From NCBI GenBank assembly GCA_950097015.1, contig CATNEN010000007.1, forward strand, positions 4,960,001 to 5,024,000: a DNA stretch of 64,000 bases. Reading direction: 5' to 3'. This DNA comes from Macrostomum hystrix (Eukaryota; Animalia; Platyhelminthes). A model generated the notes under the pieces. That model was not told the origin of the DNA. It did no database searches and saw only the letters and a list, made by a program, of their open reading frames with translations. Positions 10,460 through 18,507 of the stretch are shown in pieces. Position 1 is the stretch's first letter. The number at the start of each line of letters is the position of its first letter. The position numbers were made by a program, and so were the translations under genes.

Positions 10460-12195
10460 TAGCCTTTTGCGTCCGACTTAAGTTTATGGGCATTTCACTT
10501 GATCCACAGTGGCAGAATTCCACACTCAAGGGCAACTGCTTTCCCAGTCTATGGCTCAAACGGGTGCCTGGCAGGCGATTGACTTAATCTTCGGGGCATG
10601 AACTTAGTCCATTTTTGCTCTCTAGTAGACCGAAAGCTTTTAAGCAGGCCCTAGTGGGCAGCGTTGCGACAAGGACCAAGTGATTTATTGATGTGATGCC
10701 AGGAGGCTTACCAAAAATGAATGCAAACGAGAAAAGAATCGGGAACGTAGGCAAGAAAGGTTCAGCAACGGGAACACAGGCGGCAATAATTAACAAAATT
10801 TAAATACAAGCGGGAAAACTTCATCGAACTCAGCGACTGAAGGTCACAAAATAGGCTGGCCGGCAATGCAGGCTGGAAGGTGGCGCAGTGAGTGACGGTA
10901 CCATCCGCCGCACTTCGCAGCGTGACCTCCACTGTCGCCTCCTCAGCAATCCTTTGCATGACCAGAATTCGCCACTGGTACAGCGGCGTCTGTGGGGGCG
11001 GGCTGTTCAGCTCACGCTGCACCTCATGCTGCGCCAGTGCGCGCTTGATTGCCGCCTTCACGCATGAGTGCGCCTCCTCGACGGGGTTCAGAAACGGCGA
11101 ATATGGCGGCAGGACCTTAACGCTCCAAACTGCTCCGGCAGTGTGACTCCGTTGTGAAATCGAGCGCCGTCCATCACAATGCAAAACCGTTCAGCGTCGC
11201 CCACATCACCGCGATTATTGACAGCATGCATCAGCTCCTCGACGAAGGTCTGAAACATGGCCGCTGTCATCGTCTCGGAAACCATCTTGTGATACACGAG
11301 GCCAAGGCTTGGGGAGATTGCCTGCACGATGTTCAGTTGAGCTCCGCGCTGTGTAACAACCACGCGCCGAACTCGCTGGCCTCGTCTACTGCGTCCTTGG
11401 GATCGGCGTGTCCACATGTTGAAACCCGTCTCGTCGACGAATAGCAAGTGCTGCTCGGGAGGAATGCCGATCAACCAGTGAGCATATTCTTGCCTCCGAG
11501 CCACGTTCTCTGGCGAGTTGCGCGCTGCCGGAACATCGGCTTCTCGCCCCAGACTTTTCAGCGTGATCAGCTGCTTGTCCAGCGCCCTACTGATGGTGGA
11601 TTCGCATACTTGTAGATTAAACCGATCCTGCAGCTGGTTCCTCATCTCCGCCAGTGTCAGAAGTGGATTTTCGACTATTTTGTCCACCAGGTACTGAACA
11701 TGGACCGCTCCGAGCTTCGGTTCTCTGCCACCGCCATGAGGGAGACGATTGCGACGTCCAGTGACTTCGTACCGCCTTTTAATTGACATGACTGTCTTGA
11801 CGTTAACCTTCATCCATCGCGCGATATCGACCGGCCGCTCACCTCTGTCCAGTGCGTCTACGACAAGGCTGTGCTTCTCATCGCTCATCATTGACCACGT
11901 CCGAGCTTGTGTGCCGTCACCCTGCTCATCAGGGGCAGTTTCATAGCTAGCGTTGCTGCCTTCGTCTTCCGAGCTCATACTGTTGCCGTTGCTCTTTAGG
12001 CTAGAGCGCGAAGCGCAGCTTTCGGTCTACTAGAGAGCAAAAATGGACTAAGTTCATGCCCCGAAGATTAAGTCAATCGCCTGCCAGCCACCCGTTTGAG
12101 CCATAGACTGGGAAAGCAGTTGCCCTTGAGTGTGGAATTCTGCCACTGTGGATCAAGTGAAATGCCCATAAACTTAAGTCACACGCAAAATGCTA
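10460..12195 (-). mobile_element. IS630/Tc1-like transposon with ~175-bp TIRs
   Basis: ~10460-10637 is the near-perfect reverse complement of ~12018-12195; TA on both flanks; transposase inside. Confidence 0.9.
10844..11978 (-). pseudogene. IS630/Tc1 DDE transposase with two frameshifts
   Basis: HTH N-terminus; LLFVDETGFN, IVMDGARFH, VLPPYSPFLNPVEE; frameshifts near 11125 and 10920; restored end KCGGWYRHSLRHLPACIAGQPIL* (stop 10844-10846). Confidence 0.88.
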
Positions 12196-12569
12196 TATAA
12201 ACATTGCTTTTTGCAAGGCATCAATGTAGAATTTAGTTCGGGCGCTTACGCGCCCTCAAAATTCTACATTGTAACACGCAATGCGGTGCATTATAAGGCT
12301 TCAGCAACGTATTATGGTATAAACGATCACTCAGCGATAATGGCATGTCTATGGCACAAACTGCGCCAATCCGCCATGAGCCAGAAGCTGACAAAATTTG
12401 GACGCTTATATTTGTTTCTTTTAATTATCAATTAAAGTATGTAGGAAAAACGGTGCGCAGAAACGGGCAACAGTTTTGGGTGCAGCAAGTTTAGTTCGAT
12501 TGAATAAGGAAAATGTATTTCAGTTTACCAGCTGCGGTGTGACAATCAGTCCTGCTTTCCGACCGTTTG

Positions 12570-14162
12570 TTAGAAGTGACATCCCGTGAAAGTACCACCG
12601 CGTATGATGATGACTCGTGGAACGGTGGCCGCATCATGCAGCGACGTCTTCTGCATCAGCAGCTCCTGAACCAGCACCTCGTCGGTCTCGTGCTCCGCGT
12701 CGATTGCAGTGGATAGGCGGAGCGTCTGGCTGCAAGCAGCATTCGTAACAGAGGATCTCAGCTGCGGTGCACGCAGTTTGCCGGCACGGACGCAGCAGTC
12801 GACGTCCTCATTTCCGGCGCTCCCAATGCAATCACTGCTAGTTGTTGTTGCGGTTGATGACCCAGTTCCGAGTGTGAACTGAAGTGCCTCAGACAACTTC
12901 ACCATGTCGGCATTTCTTTTCCTGCCGAATCGTATGTACCGTTCGGTGGTCCTCGAGCTGACATGGCCTGTGACGCGGGCGATCTCTTCTACTCTGAAGC
13001 CTCTGTTATGCAACTCAGTGGCAACTGTAGCACGAATGCAGTGTGCAGTATACACCCGGCTGAGACTCGCTGCTTGCGAAATGTCCTGCATTAGTGTGCT
13101 GAGCTTTCCAACTCCGAGAGGGCACTTCACGTAGTACCAATCGTTGCCCAGCTTAGCAATCTTTGGCTTGTAAAACAGACCGCGGGATTCGACGTTTTGA
13201 GTACACTTCGACTCATCCACCTTCTCCAGAAACAGTTTAAATCCCTCGAACAGACAACCGGGTGCGCCCGTCTGAGCCATGAGAGGCTGCTTGGTGTTGC
13301 TAGCCGACCCCGGCTTCAGCGAACCTTGTCGGTTTTTGGACTCCATCGGGTTCAACGCGAAGGCCTGCTTACCATTCTCGACATTCACCACGACAAACGA
13401 GTCCCGATCCAGTGTACGTATCCATTCCCGTAGACCGAAGTGGTACATCATGTTGAAGTATGCCTCGTGCATCAGACGAACAGGATCCATACGATTGAAG
13501 TATTGTCCTAGCAAACGTAAATCTGCCTCTTCTATGGCGGCATACTGTTTCGACTCGCCGCCTTCCTTCACAAATAATGCAGCCATTACCTTCAACATGT
13601 CGTTCGCACGCGTGAAGGCAATATCACCGATTATATCAATTGACCGTGTGCGCTTCAGGCAGCGCTAAAGTCTGGCGCGAAAACATGCCAGGCTTGCCGG
13701 CGCATACAGACCACCGTCATCTTTGCGCAGTAGGCCATAAAAGATCCGTAGGTACTTGCCCAGTTGTTCAGTATTGACGCATGCCAGGTCGCACTCAATA
13801 TTCAGTTTCCTCATGCAGACGTTGAACCTCTTGACGGCAGAGTTCTCGTGGACAACAGCAGTGCGATTGCGATTCTGTAGCTCCACCTGATCCAATCCAG
13901 ACAGTACCGTCTCCGTGGCGTCATCATCAGGCAGTTCAGGCAATCCAGACAATAGCGCCTCCGTGACGTCATCCACAGGCAGTTCAGGCAGTTCGTCTGG
14001 CGGCTCATTAAATAGCCGCTGGTTGGCAATGCGCTCCACAATTTGGTCCACAGTGAGACCGACCACGTCCCTTTCTCGCAGGTCTAGTAATCCGGTTGGA
14101 AATGCTGCCATTTCCTCCATTTCAGCCAGAGCCAAGATAGAAGCAGACAAACTTAGTTTCAA
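12570..14162 (-). pseudogene. Crypton-like YR copy 3, full length with one premature TAG
   Basis: ORFs 13665-14162 and 12570-13598 are in the same frame, separated by TAG (13665-13667); HFGLRE, YTAHCIRAT, VTGH, ERY motifs present. Confidence 0.88.
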
Positions 14163-14607
14163 AATAAATTTCGCTCCCTGCTCCTAACCCCCTCCCTCTT
14201 CGCACGATGACTCGCTTGCCCACTCTTAGCCATAGACAAATCAACCCCACAATAATGACGGTCGACAAGCAACGGCGTTATAGGGGGAGTTGATTTGTCT
14301 ATGGCCTGAAGCCTTATAATGCTTTTACCGGTTGGCTGCCTCGCAGTTAATGGCGATTACGCGCCTCGATCGACCGCCATTAACTTGCTCGGCACCCAAC
14401 TGGTAAAGTTCCATTAAACGTTAGACAGCGTGCGTGTAACGCAAGTAGTCTATGGTAGAAACTCAACCGCGCTAAGCGTTTTCATCATGCGTGTAACGCA
14501 TTTAGCGTGCGTCTAACGCTACAAGCACAAAAACAGTTTATTTCAAAAGTGGAACAGATGAAGCATACAACGTTAACAAGTTTTGAGCAAAAGTGTAGTG
14601 CCCATTT

Positions 14608-16173
14608 CTACCCATGAAAATTGCAATTGTAGACAGGCCCATGGAAATGGTACACGACAGATGGCCGGCGACTCTCTGGTGAATCAGCATTGTCCACTTC
14701 ATTTATATTTAGTGACTGGCTCACCATCGTTGCTGCCTCGATCGTAGCCGCCTGCTGTACTGCTTGCACTACCACTCCAGTGGAAGGCGTCGTCCCCATG
14801 ACGGCGGTTGCGGCTTGTCGGGCTTGAATGACTTGCTGTCCACTATGAACTGCTGGTCGCTTCTCCGGACCATGTAGAGCGCTGGACAGACTTTTGGACA
14901 TGCTGCGCATTTCGGCGTCTTCGTCGAATCGGAGATACCTGTCCACAGTCCTAGTCTGCTTGTGGCCTGTGACTTTGCAAATGTCTGGCACGCTGTATCC
15001 AGCGTTCGCCAACTCCTTCACTACTGTCGAACGGATGCAGTGCGCAGTGTACGTCTTGCTGAGACTGGCCTTCTTGGAAATTGTTGTCATCATCTGTCCC
15101 AACGTGTTAACACCAACAGGCTTGCTAGCGTAGTACCACGACGAGGATTGCCAACTGGTAAGCTTCGGCTGTAGAAAAAATGCGGCTGGTTTTGGGGTAC
15201 CAGAGCTGCTACCAGGAATCGACTCGTCGCGCTTCCTCATGTAGAGCTTAAGGGCTTCCACTGGGCATATGCTCCGGTCCGGCAATGCGCTCATGATAGC
15301 CTCCTTCACATCTTCGCAGGAATCACGGGTCAGATCATTTCCGACGTTCTTTATTTTGCCAGCGACGAAGTGTACCACCTCACAACCATCGGAGTCAATC
15401 TCAAACCGGAAGGACTCTTCACTAAGTGCTCGGCACCACTCCCGTCCTCTGTTTCCGAAATAGTACACGATGTTGTAAAACACCTCGTGCTGCAGGGACT
15501 CAGGCGAGCTCCGATCGAAGTAGCGAGAAAGACGCTCCAGATCTGTCGTCTCAATGGCCTGATAGTGTCCTGGGCGGCCTCCAGCGGCAATGAATGTACG
15601 TGCCATCGCCTTCAAAGTGCGGTTTGATTGAAGGAACTCGTCTCCAACTAGAATGTTGATGCGACGTGTGGTCATAAAATGGCGATGGATTGCAGCCCGA
15701 ATGCAAACTAGTGTAGCTGGCGCGTAGAGTCCACCATCCTTCTTTCTCAGCGTTCCATAAAAGAAGCGCAAGATGCGGTCTAGCTCGTTAGGCCATGCAA
15801 CCGACAGATCCTGCGGCAGTGACGAGTGAACACCCAAGAAGCGTCGCAAGCGTTGCATCCAATAATCCGTAGCTCGAACAACACTCTTGCATGTAGCATT
15901 GCCCTCCATCTCCGACACAATCTGCTCCAATTCCTCCAGCTGGGTCTCCTCCGTTGGTAGCTTCGAAAACAGAGCATCGAGAAAATCCACATCGGGACCA
16001 GCGGTACCATCATCAAGCAGCTTGTTCACCTCCAACTGGTCCAGTGCTTGGTCGATCTGTTGCTCAGTGAGCCCTGAGATGGCTCCATCAGGAAACTGAG
16101 CAAAATCAATATAGCGAACTCTCTTTGCAGGGCTATCTTCTTCCGACATATTTATTCTTTGGGGAGTGTCCAA
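14608..16173 (-). CDS. Crypton-like tyrosine recombinase, intact (copy 4; first ATG at 16149, 513 aa)
   Basis: Uninterrupted ORF with YFGNRGREW (R), YTAHCIRST (HxxR), VTGHK (H), DRYL (Y); C-terminal YNCNF motif paralleling TGCHF in copy 3. Confidence 0.9.
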   Translation of the reverse strand: MDTPQRINMSEEDSPAKRVRYIDFAQFPDGAISGLTEQQIDQALDQLEVNKLLDDGTAGPDVDFLDALFSKLPTEETQLEELEQIVSEMEGNATCKSVVRATDYWMQRLRRFLGVHSSLPQDLSVAWPNELDRILRFFYGTLRKKDGGLYAPATLVCIRAAIHRHFMTTRRINILVGDEFLQSNRTLKAMARTFIAAGGRPGHYQAIETTDLERLSRYFDRSSPESLQHEVFYNIVYYFGNRGREWCRALSEESFRFEIDSDGCEVVHFVAGKIKNVGNDLTRDSCEDVKEAIMSALPDRSICPVEALKLYMRKRDESIPGSSSGTPKPAAFFLQPKLTSWQSSSWYYASKPVGVNTLGQMMTTISKKASLSKTYTAHCIRSTVVKELANAGYSVPDICKVTGHKQTRTVDRYLRFDEDAEMRSMSKSLSSALHGPEKRPAVHSGQQVIQARQAATAVMGTTPSTGVVVQAVQQAATIEAATMVSQSLNINEVDNADSPESRRPSVVYHFHGPVYNCNFHG

Positions 16174-16188
16174 TGTGATAAGTACACA

Positions 16189-16202
16189 GGCTTATATAAG
16201 CC
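16189..16202 (-). promoter_or_regulatory. Palindromic TATA box candidate for YR copy 4
   Basis: GGCTTATATAAGCC (14-bp palindrome, TATATAA on both strands) ~45 bp upstream of ATG 16149. Confidence 0.35.
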
Positions 16203-16629
16203 CCACAGGCTTGAGCGTGCATTTAACGCAAGTGTCTATGGCCCAGCTTGCATATTACAATGCAACTAATATATCGCCGCTTTGAACTTTAACGGTAAAG
16301 CACTCAGCGGCGATATATTAATCCTACATTGATGCCTGCAAAAAGCAATGTTAATGTTATAATGCCCTGAATATCTATAAGGCTCACAACATGCTCTATA
16401 AGGGATAAACACGCTGTTTTCCGGGCACTATTTACTTAGTACCTTCGGCTCTCGGGCCCTAAAAAAATAGTGCCCGGAAAAGCGTGCTTTATCTTCTACA
16501 TACTCGTATTAGCAACAGTATATAAAAAGCAAGTAGCAAACTGACATGTTTTATTTTATATGTTAATTTTATAGATTATTAAAACATCATAATAGCGATC
16601 AACGATCAGTCAACACACACGAATAAAAG

Positions 16630-17235
16630 TCAAATTTCGGAAAACTCAAGTCCTCGAATACAGAAGTAGTACAAAACAGCGAAGGGTACTACATGTTGTA
16701 GATGCAATGGAGTGCTTCGATCAAAATAGGTTCGCAGGCGAGCTAGATCCATAGACTCATCCATGTCGATAGCCACGAAGGGTTTGCTCCTGCCACCTTC
16801 ACTCACAAACTTCTTGCCAAGGTTCTTCAGATTCGCAACAAAAAACTCCTCTGTAATGATGTTGAATGCCCGATTTCTTAAAAAAGCGATAGAGACCTGC
16901 TCGAATGCACAGCAAGCTCGCTAGCGAGTATAAACCACCGTTGGCCTTATTCAAAATCCCATAGCAAAGGCGTAGCACACACGCCAGCGCAGAGCGTTCA
17001 CACGTCGCGATGTCAGCTTAAATGGATCCATTCGCGTCGATGAACTGGCAACGTACTCTCTTGATACTCAGAACTGGCAACGCAACACTCCCTATCCAGC
17101 TCGTCAACCGACTGTTCCCAATGCGAATAATTGATCAACATCCTCGAGAGAAAGTGCTTCAGCAGCTTTCTCAAAGCCGAAATCATCCATGTACTTCTCG
17201 ATCTAGCGCCAGTAAGTCCGCATATAGGAGGATAA
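16630..17235 (-). pseudogene. Crypton-like YR copy 5, degenerate (not in ORF track)
   Basis: Manual translation: PICGLT..IEKYMDD; LRLCYGILNKANGGLYSLASLLCIRAGLYRFF; (frameshift) FVSEGGRSKPFVAID..DLARLRTYFDRSTPLHLQHVVPFAVLYYFCIRGLE*, collinear with copy 4. Confidence 0.8.
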
Positions 17236-17309
17236 GTCTGCTGCTAGGAGGACATTGGTTCTCTGTTGGGGGGGGCATTGGTTCTCTGCTGCTTAGGGGC
17301 AGGGGGCAT

Positions 17310-17573
17310 TGGAGAGATGACGCACGGCTTTTGAGTGCAGCAACGACCATAGACACTCCTAGGCACTCCTAGACACTCCTAGTGCCTAGGTCGTTGCTGC
17401 ACTCAAAAGCCGTGCGTCATCTCTCCATTGGTTCTCTGCTAGGGGCAGGGGGCATTGGAGAGATGACGCACGGCTTTTGAGTGCAGCAACGACCATAGAC
17501 ACTCCTAGGCACTCCTAGACACTCCTAGTGCCTAGGTCGTTGCTGCACTCAAAAGCCGTGCGTCATCTCTCCA
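17310..17573. repeat. Two tandem foldback cassettes (39-bp perfect inverted arms, 40-nt loop)
   Basis: Arms 17310-17348/17389-17427 and 17456-17494/17535-17573; an extra right arm at ~18518-18561. Confidence 0.9.
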
Positions 17574-18340
17574 TTGGTTCTCTGCTAGGGGGCATTGGTT
17601 CTCTGCTGCTGGGGGCAGTTCTCTTCTGCTGGGGCAGTTCTCTTCTGCTGGGGGCAGGGGGCATTGGTTCTCTGCTGCTGGGGGGCAGTTCTCTTCTGCT
17701 GGGGAGCAGGGGGCATTGCTTCTCTGCTGCTGGCTCTTCCATTGGTTGTCTTCTGCTGGGGGGGGGCAGAGGGCATTGGTTCTCCGCTGCTGGGGGGGCA
17801 GGGGGAATTGGTCGTCTTCTGCTGGGCAGCAGGGGTCATTGGTTCTCTTCTGCTGGGGTGTGCAGGGGGCATTGGTTCTCCGCTGCTGGGGGCATTGGTT
17901 CTCCGCTGCTGGGGGCAGTTCTCTTCTTCTGGGGGGCAGGGAGCATTGGTTGTCTTCTGCTGTGTAGGGCAGGGAGCATTAGTTCTCTTCTGCTGGGTGG
18001 GGCAGGGGGCATTGGTTCTCTTCTGCTGGGGTGTGCAGGGGGCATTGGCTCTCCGCTGTTGGGGGCAGGAGGCATTGGTTCTCCGCTGCTGGGGGCAGGG
18101 GGCATTGGTTCTCTTCTGCTGGGGTGTGCAGGGGGCATTGGTTCTCCGCTGCTGGGGGCAGGGGGCATTGGTTCTCTGCTGCTGGGAGACACTGGTTCTC
18201 TTCTGCTGGGGGCAGTGGGCATTGGTTCTCTTCTGCTTGGGGGGGGGCAGGAAGCATTGGTACTAACCGTTTTGAGGGGAGAATAAGTTTTCTGCTGCTA
18301 GGAGGACATTGGTTTTTTTGTTGCTGGTTTTTTGCTGCTA

Positions 18341-18381
<41 letters not shown>

Positions 18382-18474
18382 AATGGTTTAGCAAGGTCCT
18401 CGGATTGGTGCCGACCTGATGGAAACATTAGGTCGGATGCTGAGAAGAAGATCAAACTTGAACATTTAGAGGAT

Positions 18475-18507
<33 letters not shown>
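18341..18507 (+). rRNA. 18S rRNA 3'-end fragment (V9/helix 44 region), non-functional insertion
   Basis: CCCTGCCCTTTGTACACACCGCCCGTCGCTACTACCGATTGAATGG...GTAAAAGTCGTAACAAGGTTTCCGTAGGTGAAC; no flanking rDNA. Confidence 0.92.

Larger units (their letters stand above)
8372..16241 (+). mobile_element. Head-to-tail array of GTCTATGG-delimited cassettes
   Basis: GTCTATGG at 8373, 10303, 10393, 12347, 14297, 14448, 16234 brackets each YR gene and each short hairpin module. Confidence 0.75.

Noticed and set aside
10436-12448. 12-bp inverted repeat TTTTCCTACATA / TATGTAGGAAAA as TIRs of another element
   Set aside because: Short, AT-rich, no matching TSD, and it crosses a cassette boundary.
8372-16241. 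Bacterial integron in the strict sense, or bacterial contamination
   Set aside because: No GTTRRRY/RYYYAAC attC cores seen; the YRs are Crypton-like and interleaved with eukaryotic transposons next to intron-containing genes. The integron comparison is an analogy only.
18341-18507. Functional rRNA gene
   Set aside because: Only 167 bp, truncated before the 18S 3' end, no ITS or other rDNA.
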